Source: Hyphomicrobium sp. (GTDB taxonomy: Bacteria; Pseudomonadota; Alphaproteobacteria; Rhizobiales; Hyphomicrobiaceae). From it: 64,000 nt of DNA. Below, one piece after another: positions 43,841 through 59,081 of the stretch; position 1 is the first letter of the stretch, and every line of letters begins with the position of its first letter. The notes beneath the pieces are model-generated. The model did no database searches, was not told where the DNA came from, and saw nothing but the letters and a program-made list of their open reading frames with translations. The stretch is from the NCBI GenBank assembly GCA_035517115.1, contig DATIZL010000010.1:9070-73069 (forward strand), in the 5' to 3' direction. Made by a program: the position numbers and the translations under genes.

Positions 43841-44373
43841 TGGGGATGGACTTGACTCGTTCAAGCACCGCCCAAGAGGAAGATCATCGTGTAGCTGCGC
43901 ACGTGGCGCACGAAGACAGGAAGGACTTCTTCATCGAGCGCGATGGCGTTCGGTTCGCCGGAACCCACCTGATCGTGGACCTGTTCGGCGCCCGACGGCT
44001 CGATGACCTAGAGCACATCAAGCGCACCTTGAAGCGATGCGTGGAGGTGGCAGGCGCAACGCTGCTGCACATCCATCTGCATCACTTCACGCCCAACGGG
44101 GGCGTGTCCGGTGTGGCCGTGCTCTCGGAAAGTCACATCTCCATCCATAGCTGGCCGGAAGCCGACTACGCTGCGCTCGATGTGTTCATGTGCGGCAACG
44201 CTCAGCCGCACAAGTGCATCGAGGTCTTGCGCGAGGCGTTCAGCGCGCGCGACGTGCTGGTGAAGACCCACCACCGCGGCTCCGAGCTCGACGAGCTCAA
44301 GTGGCAGGCGGCCCGCTCACGGCAGGCTCCGGTGCGCTTGAAAAGCGTTAAGAAGGCGAAGCGGGCGGCTTAG
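43813..44373 (+). CDS. speD: S-adenosylmethionine decarboxylase proenzyme
   Basis: GTHLIVDL, HHFTPNGGVSGVAVLSESHISIHSWPE (ES cleavage site), LDVFMCG; GGGAGG SD. Confidence 0.95.
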   Translation: MAFNDTLFQLGMDLTRSSTAQEEDHRVAAHVAHEDRKDFFIERDGVRFAGTHLIVDLFGARRLDDLEHIKRTLKRCVEVAGATLLHIHLHHFTPNGGVSGVAVLSESHISIHSWPEADYAALDVFMCGNAQPHKCIEVLREAFSARDVLVKTHHRGSELDELKWQAARSRQAPVRLKSVKKAKRAA

Positions 44374-44516
44374 CGCGGCCGCCCCCTTCCCCAGCCGGGT
44401 CTGGTCATGTTTCCGCCTTGTGCATGGGCGACGCAGAGGTAAATACTCATGCGTCGCCCATGGATTCGGGCGTCCGCCGGCATGCGCGCCGAGCAGCGAG
44501 CAAACGTCGAGCCAAC

Positions 44517-45845
44517 ATGATGCGCGCCGCTCTCACTGCCTTCCTTCTCGCCGTCCTCTTGTTCGCGCGGACGGCGCCTGTTGGCGCGCAGGACGCGGGT
44601 CTCGGCGGCAGCTTCCTCAACCCCTTCCCCGAGAACGACACCTACCAGGTGCAGGTGGTCGGCGACTGGCTCGCCGACGGGCTCATGGGCGGCTTGGCCG
44701 AGACCTTCGCCACCGGGCCCGGGGTCGTGATCTCCAAAAAGCGCTACGACCTGCCCGCCCTCATGCTCAACCGCACCGACGGCGACCTCAATGCGCTCGA
44801 GCAAGCCTTCGCCAACGACCCGAGCCACATAGCGATCGTCATGCTCGGCGCCCAGGACCGCTACAACGTGGGCCCGCGCGTGGCCTCCGGACAGGCCGGC
44901 AACTGGCGCAACGACTACGCCGCCCGCGTCGACCGCGCGATGAAGATCCTGCGCAAGGGCGGCCGCGCCGTCTATTGGGTCGGCCTGCCCAACATGCGCC
45001 GCTGGCAGGACAACGAGCGCGCGCAAGCCATGAACGACGTGTTCCGCGAGCGCGCCTACTTGAACGGCGTGCGCTACATCGACGCCTACGCGAGCTTCGT
45101 CGACGAGGGCGGCGGCTACAGCGACTACGGTCCCGACGTGACCGGCAAGGTGGCGCGGCTGCGCGACACCGACGGCGTCCACTTCACCGACATCGGCTAC
45201 CGCAAGCTCGCGCATTTCGTCGAGCGTGAGCTCAGGCGCGATATGGCGCAGGCGAAGGAGGAGCGCTCGGTCCCGCTCGCGGGCGATGAGGCGGAGCAGG
45301 CGCGCGTCAATCCCGACCGGGCGCGCCTCAAGGCCGAGGCCGCACCCGCCGCGCCGGGCACGCCGGGGGCGCAGAAGCAGAAGCCCAAGGAGGCGAGCCC
45401 CGCGCCGGCGCCCGACGAGGCCGGCCGCGAGCAGAAGGCCGAGACCGGCAAGGTCGACGTCAAGGTGGGGGCCCCGGGCGGCACCGAGCAGATCGTCTCG
45501 GTCGACATCGTGCGCCCGGCCATTCCCGCCTCCGTGGTCGCCCTGGTCACGCGCAAGCAGAGCCCCGACAAGGCCGCGCAGATGGGCGACATTCTGGTCG
45601 ACCAGATCCCCGGCGGACTGACGGTCATGAGCTCGATCGTGCCGCCGCGCGGGGCAGGCGCGCACCGGGGAGTATCGCCCACGCAAACGCCCTACTTCCG
45701 CGTGTTCGAGCGCGGCGATAGGCTGCCCCCCAAGCCCGGACGGGCCGATGATTTCACTTGGCCCCGCCCGCAGGCGACCGCGGAGGTGCAGCAACCGGAG
45801 CCGCCTCCGCAGCCGGTTGCGAACGACAAGACCAAGCGCCGCTAG
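44517..45845 (+). CDS. SGNH/GDSL hydrolase family exported protein (DUF459-like)
   Basis: VVGDWLADGL, IVMLGAQD, VYWVGLP, LRDTDGVHFT..GYRKLAHFVE. Confidence 0.82.
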   Translation: MMRAALTAFLLAVLLFARTAPVGAQDAGLGGSFLNPFPENDTYQVQVVGDWLADGLMGGLAETFATGPGVVISKKRYDLPALMLNRTDGDLNALEQAFANDPSHIAIVMLGAQDRYNVGPRVASGQAGNWRNDYAARVDRAMKILRKGGRAVYWVGLPNMRRWQDNERAQAMNDVFRERAYLNGVRYIDAYASFVDEGGGYSDYGPDVTGKVARLRDTDGVHFTDIGYRKLAHFVERELRRDMAQAKEERSVPLAGDEAEQARVNPDRARLKAEAAPAAPGTPGAQKQKPKEASPAPAPDEAGREQKAETGKVDVKVGAPGGTEQIVSVDIVRPAIPASVVALVTRKQSPDKAAQMGDILVDQIPGGLTVMSSIVPPRGAGAHRGVSPTQTPYFRVFERGDRLPPKPGRADDFTWPRPQATAEVQQPEPPPQPVANDKTKRR

Positions 45846-45963
45846 GCGGCGTTTTCCGCGGCGGCTTCGTCTTGGCTTCCTCGATGGATATCGTGCTGCG
45901 TCCCGGCTCGCGTTCGAGCCTCGCTCTCGCCTGGCCGGGATGACACTCGGAGCCCGTCTTGCG

Positions 45964-47409
<1,446 letters not shown>

Positions 47410-47496
47410 TCGCGCTTCCTGTCAGGGGCCGGACCGGAGCCTGGCGCGCTCGCTGGCCGCAACCTTCGTCATCATTTCACAGAGACGGGAAAGACC

Positions 47497-52206
<4,710 letters not shown>

Positions 52207-52538
52207 CTTACTGCGACCTCTGCGACGCTGGTCGGGCGCTATGCATCTATCCGCCTTCGGCGGCGCCTTTCGACCGAAATGCGTCGGTCCTCCACTTGGT
52301 TCGTCAGAATTGCAGCAAACAAAGGAGCGCCGCCTGGCGGCCCCCCTCCGCGTCTCCGGTCCCGCCGCAATAAAGGACAGGGCTGCTGACCTTTCCGCTG
52401 AGCTTCGCAGATTTCAAGGGGCTGCACAAGCGTGATCCTGGCCGCCGATGCGCGCCGGGAAGCCCGCAGCAAGAGGCGGCCGCCGCTTCGCGCGGCGACC
52501 GCCTTCGGTCTTCGGCTCAAATTGCGCTCAAGGCGCCG

Positions 52539-52985
52539 TTAGACGGCAGCCTCGAGCTGCTTGGCCTCGCCGGTCCCGACCGGGATCGTGCGCGGCTTCA
52601 TGCGCTCGGGCAGATTGCGCACGAGATCGATGTGCAAAAGGCCGTCCTCGAAGTCGGCGCTCTTCACCTCGACGTGGTCGGCGAGCTGGAAGCGGCGCTC
52701 GAAGGAGCGCGCGGCGATACCGCGGTGCAGGAAGGTACGCTCCTTGCCCTCGGGCTTCTTCTGGCCGCTGACGACGAGCGTCGACTCCTTCACGTCGATC
52801 TTGAACTCGTCCTTGTGAAAGCCCGCGACCGCCATCGAAATCCGGTACTCGGTGTCGCCGAGCCGCTCGATGTTGTAAGGCGGGTAGCCGTCGACGTCAT
52901 AGCCGCCGACGCTGTCCAGAAGCTGGGCAAGGCGGTCGAAGCCGACGGTCGAACGATAGAGGGGGGCAAAATCGAACTGTCGCAT
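52539..52985 (-). CDS. ibpA: Small heat-shock protein (Hsp20, IbpA-like)
   Basis: LYRSTVGFDRL, YPPYNIE, FLHRGIAARSFERRF.LAD, GLLHIDL; AGGAGG SD. Confidence 0.93.
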   Translation of the reverse strand: MRQFDFAPLYRSTVGFDRLAQLLDSVGGYDVDGYPPYNIERLGDTEYRISMAVAGFHKDEFKIDVKESTLVVSGQKKPEGKERTFLHRGIAARSFERRFQLADHVEVKSADFEDGLLHIDLVRNLPERMKPRTIPVGTGEAKQLEAAV

Positions 52986-53073
52986 GACATATCCTCCTGA
53001 GAAGCGACATGTGTGGGACCCGCCAAAGGCCAGGCCCATTCGGGATCGCGCACCCTCGTGTGAGGCGTGCGCA
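52983..53073 (-). ncRNA. ROSE-type RNA thermometer in the ibpA 5' UTR
   Basis: Minus strand CAUG-UCGCU-UCUC-AGGAGGAUAUG forms an SD-occluding stem with the U(U/C)GCU motif and a bulged G; further hairpins lie upstream. Confidence 0.7.
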
Positions 53074-53079
53074 GCCATG

Positions 53080-53107
53080 ATTTAAGTGCGGCCTTGGCCG
53101 GTTCAAG
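53080..53107 (-). promoter_or_regulatory. Putative RpoH (sigma32) promoter
   Basis: Minus strand CTTGAA-N15-CTTAAAT upstream of ibpA. Confidence 0.55.
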
Positions 53108-53243
53108 GGGCCGTCCGCAGGCATCCAAGTTGCCTCAAAGCAACGGAAATTCCGATCTCCTTCAGGTCCGGTTCATGTTGGAGCCACCACTCTCTCAGGC
53201 GCTCTTGGGGCGTAGCGCAAAATCACATTTGGGAGTGGTCACC

Positions 53244-53687
53244 ATGTCAGCATCAGCTCGTTTTGCTGCGGCATCTGCTGTTGCCGCTTCGCTTTTCGCA
53301 CTCGCTGCGCCCGCCTTGGGCGCCGACCTGGACTATGGCGAGGGCCCTCCCCGCTACGAGCGCTACGCCGCTCCCCCCGCCGACTTCGAGCCGCCCTACC
53401 CGCCGCGCTACGCCGACCGTTGCGTGCCGCGCGAGGTGGTGCGCGACCGGCTCCTGGCGGAAGGCTGGGGTGACTTCCGCGACTTCGAGCCCAGGGGCCG
53501 CGTGGTGCTGGTGCAGGCACGGCGTCCCTCCGGGCGGCTGTTCGATCTCACCATCGACCGCTGCTCGGGCGAGGTCGTGGACGCCCGGCCCGTATTCGGC
53601 CCCCGCGCAGAGCCTGGCGCCTACGCGTACGGCGGCTACGGGGCCTACGGATGGGGTCAGCGCCGTTTCTGGCCGCGGCCTTATTAG
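53244..53687 (+). CDS. Exported PepSY-like domain protein
   Basis: Signal peptide; C.P...VRDRL..EGW...V.V.ARRPSGRLFDLTID.CSGEVV resembles a PepSY fold. Confidence 0.65.
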   Translation: MSASARFAAASAVAASLFALAAPALGADLDYGEGPPRYERYAAPPADFEPPYPPRYADRCVPREVVRDRLLAEGWGDFRDFEPRGRVVLVQARRPSGRLFDLTIDRCSGEVVDARPVFGPRAEPGAYAYGGYGAYGWGQRRFWPRPY

Positions 53688-53776
53688 GCGCTCCACCGCA
53701 TAACCCGGCCCGCACCTGTCGCAGCCCACGCCTCTCTGTATGATGCAGAGGAGTCGGGCTGCCGCCGGGGGAGGCT

Positions 53777-54736
53777 ATGGAACTCGTCACGCTCGCAAAA
53801 AATCCGGTCCCCAGCGGGGCCACGGTGGGGATGTTCCGGGGCTATGACGGCGCGCAGCTGCGGTATGCCCGCTGGGACGCAACGCGCATGCCGCGGCGGG
53901 GCACGGTCTGCCTATTCGGGGGACGCACCGAGTTCATCGAGAAGTATTTCGAGGTGATTGCCGACCTGCGCCGCCGCGGCTTCGCCGTGGCCACCATGGA
54001 CTGGCGCGGGCAGGGCGGCTCGCAGCGCATGCTGTCGAACCCGCGCAAGGGGCACGTGCGCGGCTTCTGGGAGTACGACCGCGACCTCATTCGCTTCATG
54101 AAGGATATCGTGCTGCCCGACTGCCCGCCGCCGTTCATCGGGCTTGCCCATTCCATGGGCGGCAACATTCTTCTTCGCAATGCCACCATGCCCGGCCTCT
54201 GGTTCGAGCGCATCGTCCTTGCTGCGCCGATGATCGAGATTCACGAGAGCATCATCGGCCCCCACCCTTTTCATGTGCGCGCCTACACCGAGCTCAGCTC
54301 TCTCCTCGGCATGTCGACCGCCTACGTCATGGGGGGCTCGGACCGGCTGGAATCGGGCTATCCGTTCGAGGGTAACCCGCTCACCGGCGACTATGAGCGC
54401 TGGGCGCGCACCAAGGCGGTGCTCGACCTCGCGCCGGAGCTAGGGCTGGGCTCGCCCACCATCGGGTGGCTGAAATCGGCGCTGCGCTCTTGCGCGCGTA
54501 TCTCGCATCCCCATTACCCCTCGCAAATCCACGTGCCGCTGCTCGTCTTCGCGGCGAGCGACGACACGGTGGTCTCCACGCCGGCGATCGAGGCCTTCAC
54601 GGTGCAGGTGAAGGTCGCCTCCTGCATCCTGATGCCGAACTCGCGCCACGAGATCCTGCAGGAGACGGACGCTGTGCGCACGCGCTTCTGGGCGGCGTTC
54701 GACGCCTACCTCGGGGTCGATGCCAAAGTCGCCTGA
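53777..54736 (+). CDS. Alpha/beta hydrolase (lysophospholipase PldB-like)
   Basis: GRTEFIEKY.E, DWRGQGGS, AHSMGG nucleophile elbow, RHEILQE. Confidence 0.9.
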   Translation: MELVTLAKNPVPSGATVGMFRGYDGAQLRYARWDATRMPRRGTVCLFGGRTEFIEKYFEVIADLRRRGFAVATMDWRGQGGSQRMLSNPRKGHVRGFWEYDRDLIRFMKDIVLPDCPPPFIGLAHSMGGNILLRNATMPGLWFERIVLAAPMIEIHESIIGPHPFHVRAYTELSSLLGMSTAYVMGGSDRLESGYPFEGNPLTGDYERWARTKAVLDLAPELGLGSPTIGWLKSALRSCARISHPHYPSQIHVPLLVFAASDDTVVSTPAIEAFTVQVKVASCILMPNSRHEILQETDAVRTRFWAAFDAYLGVDAKVA

Positions 54737-54758
54737 GGCGCGGAGGAGTGTGAGCCGG

Positions 54759-55580
54759 CTACTTCGCGAGTACCGCCAGCGCTTGCTCATGCAGGCGCGC
54801 ATCTCCGGCAGCGATGATGCGGCCTCCGGCGGTTGCGGGTTTGCCCTCCCAGGTCGATATGCGGCCGCCGGCCCGCTCGATGATGGGGATCAGCGCCACC
54901 ACGTCGTGCGCTTTGAGGGCCGCCTCGACCACGAGATCGACGAAGCCGGCGGCGAGCAGGCAATAGCCGTAGCAGTCGCCGCCGAAGCGGGTCATGCGCA
55001 CGCGCCCTGCGAGGCGGGCAAAGGCGTCGGCTTCCCGGCCCGCGGCAAAGAGATCGGGATGCGTCGTCGTCAGCGTCGCCTCGCCGAGGCTCGTGCAGGT
55101 GCGCGTGCGCAAGCGGCGCGCCTTGCCCGAGGCGTTGCGCACGTGCGCCGTCGTTGCGCCCGACCAGAACCGCTCGCCGGTGAACGGCTGGTCCATGAGG
55201 CCGAGCACCGGCTCCTCGCCGTCGAGGAGCCCGATGAGCGTGCCCCACAAGGGCGAGCCCATGATGAAGGCGCGGGTGCCATCGATGGGGTCGACGACCC
55301 AGCGGAAGCGGGAGCCCTCACCCAAGGAGCCGAGCTCCTCGCCGATGAGCCCGTGCTCCGGCCAGCGCGCTTTAAGCGCGCGCCGTATGGCGCGCTCGGC
55401 CGCGCGGTCGGCCGCGGTCACCGGATCGAAGGCGCCCTTCTGCGCCTTGTTCGACACGGGGAGCGGCTTGCGGAAATAAGGGCGGATGATGGCGCCGGAG
55501 ATGTCCGCGAGCGTGTGCGCGAAGTCGAGCAGGGTCTTGAAGGCCGGGGCGCCGCGGTTCGTCACAGTATCGCTATCCAA
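54759..55580 (-). CDS. hisN: Histidinol-phosphatase (inositol monophosphatase/SuhB family)
   Basis: DPVTAADRAAE, GEE, WVVDPIDGTRAFI.G.PLWGTLI, FGGDCYGY, HDVVALIPIIE.AGG. Confidence 0.88.
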   Translation of the reverse strand: MDSDTVTNRGAPAFKTLLDFAHTLADISGAIIRPYFRKPLPVSNKAQKGAFDPVTAADRAAERAIRRALKARWPEHGLIGEELGSLGEGSRFRWVVDPIDGTRAFIMGSPLWGTLIGLLDGEEPVLGLMDQPFTGERFWSGATTAHVRNASGKARRLRTRTCTSLGEATLTTTHPDLFAAGREADAFARLAGRVRMTRFGGDCYGYCLLAAGFVDLVVEAALKAHDVVALIPIIERAGGRISTWEGKPATAGGRIIAAGDARLHEQALAVLAK

Positions 55581-55804
55581 CTGCGTTCATTCGGCCAGTA
55601 AAGGCCGCCATCCACCGAGATGAATCCGACATATCGGCTGATCACGATTGATATATTTCATTGCAGAGGCGTGATAAATGCGACGCTATCTGTTGCGTCT
55701 ACGCTACACATCCCCTGGCTTTGCACGCCAACGCGGCCCGTTAACTTGCTGTTGTGAGCAAACAGGATCATATGTCGAATTGCGCGGTGGGCTGACGACC
55801 TTAC

Positions 55805-55875
55805 CACTCACCGCTGCCCACTTTGGGCGTTTCCTCCCTAGACTTGGGCCGTTCGGCGAACGAACGGCCTTTTTT
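55805..55875 (+). ncRNA. suhB / alpha-r8 (MmgR-like) small RNA, copy 1 (ends approximate)
   Basis: GCCCA-CTT-TGGGC hairpin, GTTTCCTCCCTAGACTT core, GGCCGTTCG/CGAACGGCC terminator and U run; located between hisN and an N-formylglutamate amidohydrolase gene. Confidence 0.7.
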
Positions 55876-56024
55876 CGTGCGCGGCAAGCGGCTTTGGAGC
55901 CTTGCCCAAGGGAACCTTCCCGCCGAGGTCTTCGTTTCCGTACGTGCAGCTCTGCAAAATTTGCATTTGAAAATGTTGCAATGCACCCGTAGCTTTTGCG
56001 ATGCGACATCGCGAGCTCGGCTCG

Positions 56025-56095
56025 GGTTGTCGTAGCCCTCCTTGGGCGTTTCCTCCCTAGACTTGGGCCGTTCGTGACCCGAACGGCCCTTTTTC
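56025..56095 (+). ncRNA. suhB / alpha-r8 (MmgR-like) small RNA, copy 2 (ends approximate)
   Basis: Shares an identical 33-nt core (56042-56074 = 55823-55855); has its own terminator hairpin and U run. Confidence 0.75.
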
Positions 56096-56274
56096 TTCGC
56101 ACGCGCGGGTCTGCGGTTTTCATCTCGTCTGTCCGCAAGCGGACCTGCCGCCGACCTGACTCATCTGCAACTCGAGGCAAACGGTGCGCGCGGAGCCAGT
56201 TCCTGTCGCGGCGCAATATGATTTATTCGCATAGCTCGGCAGCGGCTTGAGGGCACAGCCGATTCGCACACCCC

Positions 56275-57174
56275 TCATTCGGCCGCGGCGCGCCGTTGCA
56301 GCAGCGCCGGCAACTCGTTGAACATCGGCCCGGCGAGGCTCTGCAGGTCACGCTGCAGCTCGGTGAAACCCGCGGTCGGCCGCAGCGTCTGCTCGTTGAG
56401 ATAAAGCCCGCGGTTGATCTCGATCTGCACCGCGTGCACGTCGCGCGCGGGTCTCCCGTAATGCTCGGTGATGTAGCCGCCGGCGTAGGGGCGGTTCATC
56501 TGCACCTCGTATCCGCGCGCGGAGAGCGCGTCCTTCAGGAAGCGCGTGATCTTGCAGTCGGCGGAGGCGCCGAAGCGATCGCCGAGCACGATGTCGGGCC
56601 GCGGGCCGCCGGCTGGCGCCATCGAGGCCGACGGCATCGAGTGGCAGTCGATGAGGATCGCAAAGCCGAAGCGTGCGCGCGTCACTTCGCACAGCTCGGT
56701 CAGCGCGGCGTGAAAGGGGATGTAGAGCTGCTCCACGCGGTCGATGCCCGCCGCCAAAGGCAGCTTCGACCGGTAGATCTCCTCGCCGTCGGCGACGATG
56801 CGCGCGATGGTGCCGAGCCCGCCGGCGACGCGCACCGACTGCGTGTTGGCATAGTCCGGCAAGGTCTCGACGAAGAGCTCTGGGTCGAATTCATAGGGCT
56901 CGCGGTTAACGTCGAGGTAGGCGCGCGGGAAGCGGGCGGCGATCAGCGGCGCGCCCTCCTTTGCCACCGGAAGAAAGAGGTCGTCGACGAAGCAATCCTC
57001 AGACTTGCGCAACGACAACGGGCTCAAGCGGGACTGCTCGAGAAAGGCCTGCGGGTAGACGCGGCCCGAATGCGGTGAGCACAGCACGAAGGGCGCAATT
57101 TGCGGGCTCGGCAGGGCAACGTCGAAGCCCGGGATCAGCTCGGGCGGGATCGAAGGGCGGTCGCGTAGAGGCAT
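56275..57174 (-). CDS. N-formylglutamate amidohydrolase family protein
   Basis: SPHSGRVYP, RKSEDCFVD, FPRAYLDVNREP, LIDCHSMPS, VLGDRFGAS, PYAGGYITEHYG, QIEINRGLY; start placed at MPLRDRP. Confidence 0.9.
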   Translation of the reverse strand: MPLRDRPSIPPELIPGFDVALPSPQIAPFVLCSPHSGRVYPQAFLEQSRLSPLSLRKSEDCFVDDLFLPVAKEGAPLIAARFPRAYLDVNREPYEFDPELFVETLPDYANTQSVRVAGGLGTIARIVADGEEIYRSKLPLAAGIDRVEQLYIPFHAALTELCEVTRARFGFAILIDCHSMPSASMAPAGGPRPDIVLGDRFGASADCKITRFLKDALSARGYEVQMNRPYAGGYITEHYGRPARDVHAVQIEINRGLYLNEQTLRPTAGFTELQRDLQSLAGPMFNELPALLQRRAAAE

Positions 57175-57503
57175 GCTTTTTGCAGGCTCTCGGTAAAGGC
57201 CTTCGGCTGTGATTCGCCGATCGGCCGGCGGGTGAAAATCCAGATCGTTACGGACCACGCTGTGGGGGAGACCCAGGGACAATGCGCCTCAACATCAGCA
57301 ACACAAGGCCTCTTGCTCACTGTGCCAACGTGGCCCCAATATGTCCACGGGAACAGCGGCATGTTGCAGGCCTCACTCGTGGACAATCCTCGATTGTCCG
57401 CGGCCGCGGAGGGGGCGGCTTCACCCTCCGTTTACCATGCCGATACCACAGTTGGGGCGAAGGGAATCCCGAGCAAAGTAACGCGTGTGCAGAGTATAGG
57501 TGC

Positions 57504-57890
57504 ATGACCGCTAAGCCGTCCCGCGTGACCGTCACCCGCATTCTGCTGGCCGAGGACGACGAGTCCATGCGCGGCTTCCTGGTGCGGGCGCTCGAGAAAG
57601 CGGGCCATGACGTCATCGCCTTCGCCAACGGCGAGGAGGCCTACGAGCGCCTCAAGACCGAGCCCTTCACCCTGCTCCTGACCGACATCGTCATGCCGAA
57701 GATGGACGGCATCGAGCTGGCACGCCGCGCAAGCGAGCTCGATCCGGACCTGAAAATCATGTTCATCACCGGCTTTGCCGCCGTGATCCTGAATAATGAC
57801 ATCGCCGCGCCCAAGGACGCGCGAGTCCTATCCAAGCCCTTCCACCTCAAGGATTTGGTGCGCGAGGTCGACCGCCTGCTCGCGGCCTGA
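57504..57890 (+). CDS. cpdR: Single-domain response regulator CpdR
   Basis: RILLAEDD.SMR.FL.RALE.AG, LTDIVMP.MDGIELAR, MFITGFAAV, VLSKPFHLKDLV.EV; next to tRNA-Val. Confidence 0.9.
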   Translation: MTAKPSRVTVTRILLAEDDESMRGFLVRALEKAGHDVIAFANGEEAYERLKTEPFTLLLTDIVMPKMDGIELARRASELDPDLKIMFITGFAAVILNNDIAAPKDARVLSKPFHLKDLVREVDRLLAA

Positions 57891-57943
57891 AACAAGATGG
57901 TTGACCGGGGCGCGCATCTGCCCCTAGAACCTCGCCCTTCAGG

Positions 57944-58018
<75 letters not shown>

Positions 58019-58042
58019 TACTAGCAGGCCATCGGTGCTGAG

Positions 58043-58168
58043 ATGAAAGTCAGAAATTCCCTGAAGTCGCTGCGCTCGCGTCATCGCGCCAACCGGCTCG
58101 TGCGCCGCAAGGGCCGCGTGTACGTGATCAACAAGGTGCAGAAGCGCTTCAAGGCGCGGCAGGGCTAA
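58043..58168 (+). CDS. rpmJ: 50S ribosomal protein L36, zinc-free (type B) form; absent from the ORF track
   Basis: [41 protein letters not shown]; no Cys. Confidence 0.95.
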   Translation: MKVRNSLKSLRSRHRANRLVRRKGRVYVINKVQKRFKARQG

Positions 58169-58232
58169 AGCTTGAAGCGGCCACGATTTGGCCCGCTTTG
58201 ACGCTCCGCGCCAGCCGCCCTATGTTTTGAGG

Positions 58233-59069
58233 ATGCGCAACGAGCACGCTCCTCACGCTTTCGCCGCAGCCGCCGCAACGCTCCTTCTCGCCGGGCTTCT
58301 GATCTCCGCCGCCTTCGCCCAGGAGGCGCCGGCTCTCCCGCGCGCGGGCAACGCGCCCGATGCGGGCATCACCACCGGTCCGGTGCCGGACGATCCCAAG
58401 GCCGACCCGGGCTTCACCGATCCGCAGGGTGAGGACGACGAAGCCAAACCGGACGATCCGTCCGCCGACCAGTACGCCCCCGGCGAGCGCCTGCCGAAGG
58501 AAGCGGCCCCGGCGCCGCAAGCGCCCGACCCCAACGCGCCTGGTTCCGCGCAGGAAAAGCAGAAAGCCGCCGAGGCGCCCAAGGACAAGGAGGCGCTGCT
58601 GGCCGAGCTTTACGCGCACCTCGCGAAAGCGTCCGACGCCGAGCAGGCGGCCGAGATCTCCAAGACCATCGAGGGGCTCTGGTTGCACTCGGGAAGCGAT
58701 ACCATCGGCGTGCTCATGCGCCGCGGCATCAAGGCGGTCAACGAGCAGCACAACGACCTTGCGCTCAAGATGTTCGACGCCGTCGTCGAGCTCGCTCCCG
58801 ACTACGCGGAAGGCTGGAGCCGCCGCGCCTTCGTCTACTACCTGCAGAACGACACCGAGCACGCGGCGGGCGATTTGCGCCGCGCGCTTGCGCTCGATCC
58901 CAACCACTACAAGGCACTGGACGGACTCGCCCGCATCCTGCGCGACAGCGGCCAGAAGAAGAGTGCGTTGCGCGCCTACCAGGAGCTTTTGCGCATCAAT
59001 CCCTATGCGGATGGGGCCAAGCAGGCCGAGCGCGAGCTCTCGGTTGAGGTCGAGGGGCAGGGCATCTGA
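58233..59069 (+). CDS. Exported tetratricopeptide repeat protein
   Basis: Signal peptide, acidic Pro-rich linker, TPRs (VELAPDYAEGWSRRA, LALDPNHYKALDGL, LRINPY). Confidence 0.85.
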   Translation: MRNEHAPHAFAAAAATLLLAGLLISAAFAQEAPALPRAGNAPDAGITTGPVPDDPKADPGFTDPQGEDDEAKPDDPSADQYAPGERLPKEAAPAPQAPDPNAPGSAQEKQKAAEAPKDKEALLAELYAHLAKASDAEQAAEISKTIEGLWLHSGSDTIGVLMRRGIKAVNEQHNDLALKMFDAVVELAPDYAEGWSRRAFVYYLQNDTEHAAGDLRRALALDPNHYKALDGLARILRDSGQKKSALRAYQELLRINPYADGAKQAERELSVEVEGQGI

Positions 59070-59081
59070 AGCGCCTTTGGC

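Noticed and set aside
55651-55664. FixK-like TTGATATATTTCAT upstream of hisN
   Set aside because: Two mismatches in the right half-site; not supportable.
55823-56074. 33-bp direct repeat as a two-repeat CRISPR or an att pair
   Set aside because: The spacer is about 186 bp, each copy ends in a terminator, and the sequence fits the suhB/alpha-r8 sRNA.
57175-57503. CtrA box upstream of cpdR
   Set aside because: Expected from known regulation, but no TTAA-N7-TTAA is visible.
58043-58168. Cys-free L36 as a novelty
   Set aside because: The zinc-independent form is the usual one in alphaproteobacteria.
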